A stretch of DNA of 64,000 nt from Fimbriosthenelais zetlandica (taxonomy: Eukaryota). Location: the NCBI GenBank assembly GCA_977030845.1, contig OZ365115.1, positions 6,262,001 through 6,326,000 on the forward strand, given 5' to 3'. This document shows, one piece after another, positions 25,559 through 36,894 of this stretch (its first letter is position 1; every line of letters begins with the position of its first letter). The notes beneath the pieces are model-generated. The model had not been told where the DNA came from, ran no database searches, and saw only the letters and a program-made list of their open reading frames with translations. The position numbers were made by a program, and so were the translations under genes.

Positions 25559-26392
25559 GTGAGTAGAACCTGAGATGGTAATTATTATAGGACCAGAAAA
25601 TAATATATATCTGATATTTTATATTATGACTATCCTAAATGTTTTCCATGGGGATAGGCTCTTGAAGTTGAAACGTCAAGTGGGCTTTCTTGGGCCAGAT
25701 TTTCCTCTAAATATTCAGTGACTGCTATAATATATCAGAGACATCTAGCCTAGTATATCAAGATTGAGTTGGTTGGTTTGGGAGGCCTCTAATCAGAAGA
25801 ATAACATGAGAGGTCGGGAGTGTTTAGAAAGCATGTAATCAAAGGTGAAATCATTGACTTGTCGTCCACGTGGTTTAGATGAGAGTTGGACTGCACCATT
25901 TGCCTTCTATCATTAAAACCTCTCAGCCCTGGACCCAGGAGGTTTGGTTACCTGGCACCGTAACTAAGGCCAGGTCACCTGACCCCAACATTCCGTTCAG
26001 TGCTTGGTTACCATGCTCTGTTGTCATGGAGATCTTTACCGTGCCGTTCTAGGGGAGCACGTGTGTTTTGGGTGGCACGTTTTTCCACTCTGCAGCTTCA
26101 TGCAAAGCACATGTGGCGACGTGTGCCGCGACGAAACACATCATAAAGAAAGTAGGGAAAGAAACAACAACAATATGTAGATAGAATAGGCCCAATAACA
26201 GCGCTGTTTACATGGGGATAGGCTGTTCTTGGATGTAGATATGTTTTCCCTAAACCTAGAGAATTTTTTCAAACAAAAAAATGTTGTGCAGAATCTTTAT
26301 TAAAACGTAAGCGATATCCATAGAATATAGAAGCAGTTTCCTTTTGTTCCTTAAAAGCTTTCATACCTTTTGATTTTAAGACAGGCTGTCAC

Positions 26393-26482
26393 ATATGACA
26401 TTGCCTATATTGCTCTCAATGTGCCATCCTATTTTAAATATGACATTGCCTATATTGCTCTCAATGTGCCATCCTATTTTAA
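26393..26482. repeat. Perfect 45-bp tandem duplication
   Basis: atatgacattgcctatattgctctcaatgtgccatcctattttaa x2. Confidence 0.95.
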
Positions 26483-27865
26483 ATATAACAAATATTTCTT
26501 ATATAGAGAAAAGAGGGTGCCAAGGCTAGATAGTTGAGTTTATCAGTCAGTGACAGGTACGGACTGCCCCGTGTATACCACGGTAAATATCAACCAGTCA
26601 GTCCATATAGCTGGCAGTTAGGGGTGGAGTGGTGATAGCGAAAATGAAGAAAAATAGCAAAAAAAATGATGAACCAAGAACATGTGTTTGTGTTCAAAGC
26701 AGTGACAAATTATGTGTAACTCAAATGATTGCCTGGTGTAGGCCCTATTATGACGAGTTATGCTGTTTTTAAAGCAGGATTTTCTGCCAAATATTGAAGT
26801 CAACTGAATAATCAAGGTACAAAAGAAGTTGTCTTGAGGTTAGGCCTAATTATTGCCTCTACTTCAATTTTTTCCTATTTTTGAATCTGTAGCCCTATGT
26901 CTATTACACCTCAAAATCCATTCACTGTGGAGAATATCTTGCTTAGAACTGTATCCATAAGCCTATGCTAGTTTCAAGTTCAGGTACTTGAGAAACCCTT
27001 GAACAAACTGGCCAGAGATGTAAGAGACACATCCCTGTTTCCGAACACCACCACCCTGTGACACTGTCACGCCGCCTGGCTTTGAAGCGGTGAACTAGTG
27101 AGCTACTCCTTTCTGCTCGCGACACTGCATGTTTCCACTTTCCTCCCTCTCTCCCTCTTACCCTTTCTCCCTCTCTATCCCTCCCTCTCTCTCCTTCCCC
27201 CCCCCACCTCTCTCTCAGCTTGCCACCTCAAAGCCCTCTCCTATAATTAATTATGATATTTGTTTTGACATGGTTCCACATGGAATGGTTATTTTTAGAC
27301 CAGTCTGTCCATCCTGATCTGAGGAATGGAAGTAAGAATGTACACAGAGGTGAACAGAATAGTGGATGAAGGTAAATACAGCCTCCTCGCCGCCCTCATT
27401 TACATTCCATATAACTATGGCTTGAAATTGGCTCGGTACAGCAGAATTTCAATTTTGTGAAAGAAAAAATTGGGGCCTATTAATTAGGGCCTACTAACCT
27501 TTACCTGGCTTCAAATCATAGTAGATTGTTAAGTAATATCCATTACAATAGTACAGTATATATGTACTCTCATGTTTTGAGCATTTCTCTTTATGAATTT
27601 ACAGCCGAAATATAATATGAAAATTACTTATATTTGATAGAAAAGTTAGGTCTACCATATGGAGGGAAATGGCCACTCCCCTTCTTTTAAAGAACGAAAT
27701 TAAGACGTGAAACACAGTTTCCAGAACCCTATCCCAGCTCATATTTTGATTTCAAAGTACTCCCAACCTCTCTCTGTTAAAAAGAGTGGAGAGAAAAGAC
27801 AAAAATATAAGTTGAGAATGTTTAGAACGAGTCACACACATGTTCACCATTAAATTGGTGCTACG

Positions 27866-27891
27866 GGCATGCGCCAGTCACGCGCATGCGC
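27866..27891. promoter_or_regulatory. NRF-1-type GCGCATGCGC palindrome (27882-27891) with a second partial site
   Basis: ggcatgcgccagtcacgcgcatgcgc. Confidence 0.4.
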
Positions 27892-28804
27892 CCTGACTCT
27901 TCTGTAAGGAGATGGGCGTTGGTACGGGTCTGGGATTTGGTGTAGCTGCTGGCATTTTTTGCCCAGCCTCGTTTGTACGTTGAGAACCTGGTGAGACATG
28001 AGAGGGTTGGTCCCAAGCCCTGAGAAAAATTGACCTGTGGAAATGACCTGTTAAATGGGAATTTTTGACTTCAGAAGTTGGCTCCAGATGGAGTAGTGGC
28101 TGGGGATAAATGGCCACTTTACAAGCTTCATGAACATAAATGAATATTTCCACATCTGTCTATTAGTAAACCTTGCCTGGCAAAGTCAGATATATAATAT
28201 TCTCCATTTAAATTCTGGATTTTAATATGAGTGTCACGGTTGTCAACTTTTTACATAATTTTTAGTTGAGTTTAGCAGTTAGAAGGCGTTGTAAACCGTG
28301 GTATTTCTTCATTCTAAACCTGTCTGAACCATTTTGTGCTGGGTTTAAAATACATAAACCACTCACTACTATGGGGTGCCTGTTTCCCTGGTTACTGTAA
28401 ACCGAAGGTAGGGGATCAATATCAGAGCTTTGTCAAAAGAAAAGTTCATGTTGAGAATCTTAAAAAGCAGGCTACCGTCTTATTTGAAATCAACTGCGGA
28501 TAACGAAGTCAGTAGATCTGATGTGTTTTTAATTCGTTATTTAGATGAGTTTTATTTTTAGGTTGGTTTAACTAGTCTATAAGTAAGCTATCTCTCAACG
28601 AGTCTTACATTACTTTAATGGAAGCTTGATATAGTTGAGAGTTCCACTTGACCTTACTCTCCTCCATCTCTCGCCCCCCCCCCCCCCCCCCCCCCACCTC
28701 CTCTCTCTCTCCCTGAGAAATTCCCGGAGCCAGTCAATTGACTTTAATCCAGAAAAAATCACTTCTTCCCTTTATCCCTAATTAACCAAGATACGTGAAG
28801 AATA

Positions 28805-28885
28805 TACGTCATGACGTCACTCAGCGTCCTGGAGTCCATCTGTTACCATGGTAACTAACAGTTGCTCGCCGCGCCGTCTGGCGTG
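28805..28885. promoter_or_regulatory. CRE (TGACGTCA 28812-28819) + perfect RFX X-box (GTTACCATGGTAAC 28842-28855) in a CpG-rich patch
   Basis: Both motifs are perfect palindromes 23 bp apart, followed by gctcgccgcgccgtctggcg. Confidence 0.55.
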
Positions 28886-29727
28886 CTAAGCTCCACTTGA
28901 GGGTTTTCATTATGTGGGACCTGTAATCAGTTATTTATACATGCGTCTTGATTTTCCTCTGACGTTAACTAAATTTTCTGCCCATGTTATTTTAATGGAT
29001 CCGGCATAATGATATTTGTGCACCTTGTATGATAGTAATAGCGGTGATGTATTGAAATTCCTCGGTTCCCATTGAAAGCAATGCTACCTTAGAATGTTAT
29101 GATTTATTTTATGTTATTGTATAATATGTATATTTAATGTTCTTACAAACTAAGGATTTTGTCATTATACGTATGGCACCCACAACCCACTCCCGCACCC
29201 CAATTCATCATAACCCCTTATACACATATCCCCCCATTCACTCACCCAAAACCCCCTGCACCCTACCGTTAAGCCTTCCAGGCCGAGGGGCTATACTCCA
29301 TGCCCTCTGCTTTCACGAAAATGCCATATCTGCTCACAAGCTCTCCATGAGTCACTCTGAGCAGAAGGTGGCAGGGGGTATAGGTTTTGCTCGATGCTGT
29401 GATCATTACCTCCAGAGCCCCTCTGACTGGAGGAAAGAGCTACTCCAGCCTTTACCCCCACGTCCCCCCATCCTTGTAATGGGAGGGAGTTGAGGCAGTG
29501 ATGCCCTATAGCCCACACACCACTGACTGGAGCAGTTAGGTCCTGTATACTTGGCCTGAAGACAAGACAACATAGAAAGATTACACTGGACAGGATCCAA
29601 ACTCTAACCCTTCACCAGTTAACTGTTCTCTAATTGCTTCTCTTGACCAAGTGCTCCACTCTGGACCGTTTATCCATTCAAGAGGAGTCTTATATTATAG
29701 ACCCTTGTTTAAACTAATTCCGTTTCC

Positions 29728-29901
29728 ATGGCAACGGTGAAACAAAGGCAAAGTATGGAGGTAAATTTGGTTATTCTTGGTACAGAGTCGGAAGCTCATG
29801 GAGAAGATTCTTATAGTTATGACTGGAATACAATGGCTGACTTTTATCGTCAATGGTTCAATGGAAATTATAGCTACCCTTGGCCAGTTTATCCAGATAT
29901 G
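29728..29901 (+). CDS. Candidate alternative first coding exon MATVKQRQSME(VNL...YSYPWPVYPDM) with two phase-0 donors (29761, 29902)
   Basis: ATG in ccATGG context. 11 codons to GAG|GTAAAT or 58 codons to ATG|GTAGGT, both in frame with exon 33394. The ATG lies inside an X-box (29722-29735). Confidence 0.4.
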
Positions 29902-32440
29902 GTAGGTTTTGATCTGTTTTGATATCGATTTCAATGGGGCAATGGCCAGGGAACAGTTTTATGTAGACAACTTGAATGGTTTCAGTTTCTGTCGATTCAA
30001 CACTTTGAATGCTAACACGAAAATATTTCTGGTGTATGAATCGGACTATGCAATGGATACGGAAGAGTGTTTTCTTTCAGGGTTAGAGTTTTTCATTGGG
30101 TTAATTTAATGTTAGGTTAATCTGAAACCGTCATCTGAAAATTTAGATTTTCCTAATGGAGATCCTCTTGAGCAATTGAATTAATAAGTAGCCCCTATAT
30201 ATAGGCCCAATACGCATAACACCAAGGCTAGGCTTTTAACCATCTTGTAATGATATTTCTGGTTGCCATTACGTTGCAAAATGAAAAACTTTTGAACAAA
30301 GAACTTTGTGCATTTGCACCAGCTGCTGTGTGTGGTATCAAAGACGGCCCTCCCCACAGACTGAGACACCTTACTGGTATCCCAACTATCTTATATAAAC
30401 CCTGACAGGGTTATCACTAGCTAGGGGGTATCATACCCCCTGACTCATCCCCCTCCTTATTTATTATTAAGACTTTTATATTCTGGGGCCCGTTTTATAA
30501 CCCAATAGTGATTATAATGTAATTTGGCAGGACTTTTACAGCAGAGTATATAATATTTCTTTTTCTTTTTATCCCACGGGAGCTGAACCCCTTGATCATC
30601 ATATACCAGTCCATATGTTCTTGGAAAGTAAATATTTAATTTTTATAGATTATTTTTGTGTAATATAGGCCTACCTCAGTTATTTATGATGAATGATAAC
30701 GCATTATGTCCACATATTTTATGCGACGCTCATTGGCAAGAGATAACAAAAGATTTATGTATAAAAAATTCATCACTGTATTGTAAATCTGACGATAGGG
30801 GGTATGTATCTAATGTTATATGCATGAATATTTGACCAAGGGAAAGACATTTTGTAGATTAAATCTGAGAGAAGTTATTGTTCTGATACATGAACTGTCA
30901 GGAAACCATGTAGGCATTACATATATCTGACCACACCTTCATGAAGAATATATAAACCCGGGTACTTTATGTGTGCAATTTCCTAGTACATGTATCTATC
31001 ATATATATCTAGAACCTATGTATAACATGTTTCTGGGTTTATTTTCACTTGAGTTTGACAGAGGAATACATCATAGACTATTTATAGGGTTGAAGGAAAG
31101 GTCAGTGAAATGTCTTCATAGATTGAATTCTTAGAGAACATATTTTCCTTGTTAGAACCAGTGAAGCAGGGTTCCCCTACACATGGGTATAAGCATAATT
31201 GTTCTATCTTCATTTATCTCTGACAAGCTTTATACTCACATATAATTACCTTTCTGACATATGGGTTTCCATAATCAATACCGTCCGAAATAAATACTTT
31301 ATGAAGGGACCATTTATGGGATTACTTCTCTGTCATCCCGTTCTCTGCCATTTTAACATTACACTCAGTGGCCCTGCTCCTTCTGCACTCCGCATTAACC
31401 TGGAATGTGGCTTTTAAAAAGATAAAAACCCACCTCAGATGAGCTCAAGTGGACAGGTATTTTTTATAGTACAGGTGTTGTCTCGCCAGTTGGTGTAAAC
31501 TTATCACTGAGAACCCCATGGTTTACCCTTGGTGTTAGACCCTCAATAACTATCACCCTTACTGTGCTCTTAAAGGGATATAGGGGAGTCGAACGCACCT
31601 CCACCCTGTGGTCAGCTAAGTGACAGTGGACCCTGATAGTTCAGAACCACTGGCGCCACCCTGTAATAGCTGAGAGAACGAATTGAAGGCCATAACTGGG
31701 GGTGTGCCATCAGTATTCTCAATTTTCACTTGCCTCTGGGATCAAAACCAATATGGTGACCCCCAATTTTATTTTACTTTTGCTGAAAATTTAAAGGAAA
31801 GGTAGTGATTCGTTAAATTTTCATTGAACTTCCCTTTATCCTTTTAAATTAGTGGATTCATTAGTGTATGGCCAGGTCAGAAGGGCAAAGGGAAAGTGGG
31901 GGTCAAGTCATTTCCAGTCTTCAGACATATCTTTCACTGCCACTTGTATGATTAAGCGGCTACTGTTGTGCATCTCTGAATACTGCCAAGTTCCTCTCAG
32001 TGTTTCATTTAGAACTATGCGCCAATACAAGTGTTAATATGTAACTGATGCAGGCACAAGTTAACCTTTCGGGCGATGATGTTTTAGACTATTTTTTACA
32101 TCAGGGAACCATCATGTCAGGTATGTGAAGGTAGACTATCTGTCCCTGTTATAGAGTGAGTGAGGGTTCCTCACTCTGTAACCTCTATATACCTGGTGTT
32201 CCCCATCACACACGCTTTACACATACCTATACCCACCTGACACACCTGTCGTCAGAACTAAGTATTACCACATGCCTCTCCCCTCTCCATCTCTCTGACT
32301 TTCTCTCTCTTTCTTTCTTCCTATCTCTCGCTCTCTCATCTCTCGCCACTCCCCATCTCTACACTCCCCTCTCTCATCTCCCTATCACTGTTTCCTCTCT
32401 CTCGCTCTCATGATCTCTCGCCCTACCTCTCTCCTCTCCC

Positions 32441-32752
32441 TCTCCCTCAATACCTCTCTTCTCTTCCTCTCCCTCAATACCTCTCTTCTCTCCCTCTCCC
32501 TCAATTCCTCTCTTCTCTTCCTCTCCCTCAATACCTCTCTTCTCTCCCTCTCCCTCAATTCCTCTCATCTCCCTCTCCCTCAATTCCTCTCTTCTCTTCC
32601 TCTCCCTCAATACCTCTCTTCTCTCCCTCTCCCTCAATTCCTCTCATCTCCCTCTCCCTCAATACCTCTCTTCTCTCCCTCTCCCTCAATACCTCTCTTC
32701 TCTCCCCCTCCCTCAATTCCTCTCATCTCCCTCTCCCTCAATACCTCTTCTC
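32441..32752. repeat. Pyrimidine-only (plus caat) minisatellite, 12 units of 27/25 bp, inside a wider CT-rich tract from ~32270
   Basis: ccctcaat recurs at 32444, 32471, 32498, 32525, 32552, 32577, 32604, 32631, 32656, 32683, 32710, 32735. Confidence 0.92.
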
Positions 32753-33393
32753 TCATGGACACTCTCAAGGGCAGGGTCACCTTCTTAACCACACCTGCCG
32801 CTATAGTCTACGCTGACATATTATAGCCTTCGGTTCATGACATGAATGGCATTCTAGACCTGGACAGTACAGTTCTACAAAGAAACAGGGTTTAGGGCAT
32901 AGTTCAAGCAGTTCAAGGCCAGTACATGGATCCACCAGCGCCATCTTACTTTTCCCAAGATTAAGATTATTGCTTTATTCCACCACTGACTTCTTTTCCA
33001 GTTTGTAATAATATTATTTATAATCCAATTTCCCAGGATTCTGAAATGGAAATGCCAATTATTTTCTTTCATATTAAATGGAAGATACACCAGGGATATT
33101 AACCTGGATGAACCAAGATTGAAGGAAAACATTTAATTATTTTGGCCCATTATTTTGATGAATATTTTTTAAAACTTTAGATCAGTGTTTATTTAATTGA
33201 ATCCGACTGGAGTTCGTGCCCTAATTTTGAGAGCAGCTCCTCAATGTGCATGGCTCTGGTTCTTATATTTCGGACACATGATAACTCTTGTTTGCAGGGG
33301 GAATTCAGTGTCCATCTTCATGTTATATGATTTAATTATTGTTTATTTATATTTGGTTGACTTCATCTGATCTCTATTCGTTCCCTTCACAAG

Positions 33394-33600
33394 GGTAACA
33401 ACACGGTGGCGCCATCTAGCGACTCCCTGGAGGATAATGTACGGAAGCTGGAGACTGACCGGGAGAGTCTGATGCTCCAGGTGAGCGTCCTAACTGACCA
33501 GGTAGAGGCTCAAGGTGACAAAATCCGGGACCTTGAAACCTCTATCGTCGATCCTGGCGGTAAATTCACAAAGGGCGCCAAAAACGCGGCCAACCAACAC
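33394..33600 (+). CDS. PPFIBP1: Liprin-beta coding exon 3 (phase 0-0), N-terminal coiled coil: GNNTVAPSSDSLEDNVRKLETDRESLMLQVSVLTDQVEAQGDKIRDLETSIVDPGGKFTKGAKNAANQH
   Basis: LE.D.ESL.LQVSVLTDQVEAQG.KIRDLE is near-identical to the recalled vertebrate liprin-beta. Acceptor ttcccttcacaag|, donor CAC|GTGAGT at 33601. Confidence 0.95.
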
Positions 33601-35359
33601 GTGAGTAACAAACCTGCTCGCCTGCTGCTACCAATCCTGCCCTTCGATTGGTTACTAACACAAACCTCTCCATAACAACCAACTTGACCTTGACCTCGTT
33701 TTTTGACCTTTGTGACGATGACCTTGAAACATGATCTAATGCCTTTAGGACGCTGCTCAACAATGATTTGGTCACGCTTGATCGGTTTGACATTCTGAGA
33801 TGAACTTTGCAATTAACCTACGATATCGCTCGTCTTCTTTGTGTTAGTGGAAGCAATTACCTCTTCCAGGACCCAATATGATTAACTAACTCCCCCTCAA
33901 ATCATTATGATTGCTAGTCTTCCACCCGCCCTCACAGGGTCTCTGATTGAATGAACTAACCTGTCCCCTCTGTTCCATTAACCATTTTCATCGGTTTGCA
34001 TGGATCTCTATAAGCATTCTCATGATTGTAAAGTTTTATGCATAACTTCTAACTGAATATCAAGTTTATTGCAGGAAAAAATAGTTTTATTCAGCTCTCA
34101 TTGAATGTAGCCTACTGTCAACATATTCATTAATTATTTCAGTCTATGGAATGTAGCACAGCTGATGTCCGTGAGTTGGTGATCATATAGTATGAAGTCT
34201 CGTGTATTTAAGGTGTTAATCTCCGGGCAGATTTGCTATAAAAGTTAATAATTAATGAGAACTGGGACTATGGAATTGCCTGCCATGGTTTTTGTCACCT
34301 TCATCCATCTCACAGTGTCTTAAATAATTGATGGAGAGCTCCACCTGTCCACAGTTCCCTTCCTCCAGACGTACCGTCACTATCCAACATAGAACATGAC
34401 TCAAAGGCCCCGAAAAGGTCACACTAATGCCCTCACCTTGACCCTAGGGTCAGGAGCCAAGTTATGGACAAGTTCTGTCATCTGTCAAAGATGATAGTCA
34501 TGTCTGTCAAGCTAAGTCTGTTTTTAGATTAACTGCCAAGACATTTGAACTGGAAAAAGGCTTTTGATGTGACCTTGATCCCATATCGTTTAATGCTAGC
34601 TCATATAGTTTCTGGTGAGAAAAGTATTCTCAAGTTTTAAATGTCAATCAATAATTCCTTTTCCTATACTTAGAGGGATTTGAGTTCCGGGTAATGTTTC
34701 CTCTGACTCCACCTAATTAAGATCACTTCCAATGAATTAATGTTTCTTTTCTTTCATGGGAAGCCACAATTCATTGGGGATTTCCCTTAAAATAGGATTA
34801 GGATTTGCATGTTGGAAGAAGTGGAACATTTCCTTGGTGCTGTTTGTCGGATTGACACGCGCCAGACGGAGATAAGCATGTAAAAAGCTGATAATCTGGC
34901 CTTGTGGAGGCCACATGGCCCGATTAAACAACCAGCCATTTAACAGGCACAGCCCAGGCCAAAAACTACCGCATGCTCATGTACATGTACATACATGTAT
35001 GGGAGTTTTTGTCTATAAAGATATTTAATTCTCGTATTCAAGCAAGACCACCCATATTAACGATGGTCTAAGTTATATTCAGGCCTTGAGATTTGGATAA
35101 AAGTAAGCAACAATTCCATTAGTCTTAATGGACAGTCAGAGGCGGCCTGATCCCTCTCCCATCCCCGCCTAAAACAATAATTATTTTCGAACTGTTCAGA
35201 ATGAGAGGCTGGGTTCATAAAGCTTATCTTTTTATTCGAACAGAAAGTCGGTAAGACGGACTCTTTCCCCAATTATTTATTTCAAGAAACTCCAGAACCT
35301 CCTGTTTTTCTAATGGTCGCCCCTATAAGGTCCCGCAGTACGGAGCAGGAGGCATGCGT

Positions 35360-35545
35360 ATAGACGTCCCCTATCACGTGACCTGTCATCCCGTGAGTCA
35401 CGTGTCACATCTGATTCTACTTCCGCTGCCGCTCGTTTGTGAACCTGCCGCTACGTGGCGCTCCGTGCCGCCTACTTCCGGCACCTGTCGCGCGTCTACG
35501 CTCAGTCCGCCGGGCCTTGTCGATGTCGCGGGAAATGTCGACGTC
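35360..35545. promoter_or_regulatory. CpG-dense promoter-like cluster inside intron 3: two CACGTG E-boxes, AP-1, two ETS sites
   Basis: TCACGTGAC 35374-35382; TGAGTCACGTG 35394-35404; ACTTCCG 35419 and ACTTCCGG 35474; many CpGs in an otherwise CpG-poor intron. Confidence 0.6.
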
Positions 35546-36049
35546 TGTCTTATGGGCTGTTCCCCCTGTCCAAGTCTTACTATGCCTGACAAAAAGTCAA
35601 ATGTTAAGGCATTCTGTCAACATGTTCTATTAGAATTGTCCAAAGACAAAGGTTCACTTGCCCCATGCACCCTAAATATTGATTGGCAAAGCATTGTGTA
35701 GTGATATTGCCTGAAAATTCACCTGATTTCTATATTGAATTTTAGCGTGTGATTTGCATGGCGAAGCCAACTGATTTTCTCAAAAGTTTCATAGATCACA
35801 CTGAGGTTCTGCACTATCATATTACTGCTAAAATATTATGTTTGTCTTTCTGCTAAAGCATTGAGTATTTTATTGCATATTAAACACGTTCCCACGCCAC
35901 TTGGAACTGTTTGAACTTGTTGTTTAAGGTATGATCTTTGTCTCACAGGAATCCATGTACTTGTTGATGTTGACGATATCAACAAAGTGATGCTTTGATG
36001 GAATGGGAAACTTGACAAAAGATTAGTCAGTGTCAGAGGTCGGGGTGTT

Positions 36050-36325
36050 GCTGGGGCTGAGTCAGAGGAGGCTGAGGGTTGAGAGGTCAGGGGTTATGTG
36101 GAAGCATACAGGAGGCATGAGGGGGTCCACGGGGGGCGGGAGGGTGCACAGGAGGGGAAAGGGGTAGGAGGAGGGGATACAGGGGGAGGAAGGGCGCAGG
36201 GAAGTTAGGCCACAGAAGAGGTGCATGGATGGAAGGGGGTCTGCAGAAGCTGCATGGAAAGGGATGAACAAGGGATGGGGCATGGGGGCACAGTGAGATT
36301 CAGGGGATGGATCAGGGGTGGATAT
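36050..36325 (+). repeat. G-rich low-complexity tract with many GGG+ runs
   Basis: gggggtccacggggggcgggagggtgcacaggaggggaaaggggtaggaggagggg... Confidence 0.7.
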
Positions 36326-36858
36326 ACTCAGAGATCATAATTATATTTCTTATATGGCCTCTGATATACTGTACGGGTACAGGATCTGCATCTGAATTCT
36401 ACTCCTTGATGCTTACAGTTTTGCATCACTGCTAAATTAGTTTCAGCAGTATGCAATGGAAATAGTATTCGGAGCACAGTATTACGAGATTTGATCATAG
36501 GACATGTACTTATTGATGATCTGCATGTTTCTTCCCGGGTTATCAATAAACAGTAATTACTTCTAGACCTATAAGTGCGATGTATTTTAAAGTAAATCTC
36601 AAGCAAAGGTTTCTGGGGGTGCTCTTTGTATAAAAAATGGGCCAGTGAGGAACGGGTTCACGGGGAAATGGGTCCCTGACAGAGTGATCATCGCGTCATT
36701 CCCGGCTTCTGATGTCGTTACCCCATCTTACTGCTGATAGATGCTTTCACCCTTTCATGTACCAGTATTTAATATCAGATATAAAGTACTGCGGGTGGAA
36801 CTTCACCCCTCTGAGAGACCCACAGATTGTGCTAATCCCAGGCACCATGTGGGTGCTC

Positions 36859-36894
36859 ATTTCCGGCAGTACAGCGCATGCGCTCAGTGACTCA
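36859..36894. promoter_or_regulatory. ETS-like + NRF-1 (GCGCATGCGC 36874-36883) + AP-1 (TGACTCA 36888-36894) motif trio
   Basis: atttccggcagtacagcgcatgcgctcagtgactca. Confidence 0.4.

Noticed and set aside
26393-26482. Direct repeats (45 bp here, 26 bp at 43842) as a CRISPR-like or functional array
   Set aside because: Two abutting copies without spacers in a eukaryotic intron: ordinary slippage duplications.
32374-32826. ORFs of 87 aa (minus) and 138 aa (plus) with repetitive E/G/R or S/L/P content
   Set aside because: Translations of the CT minisatellite, not genes.
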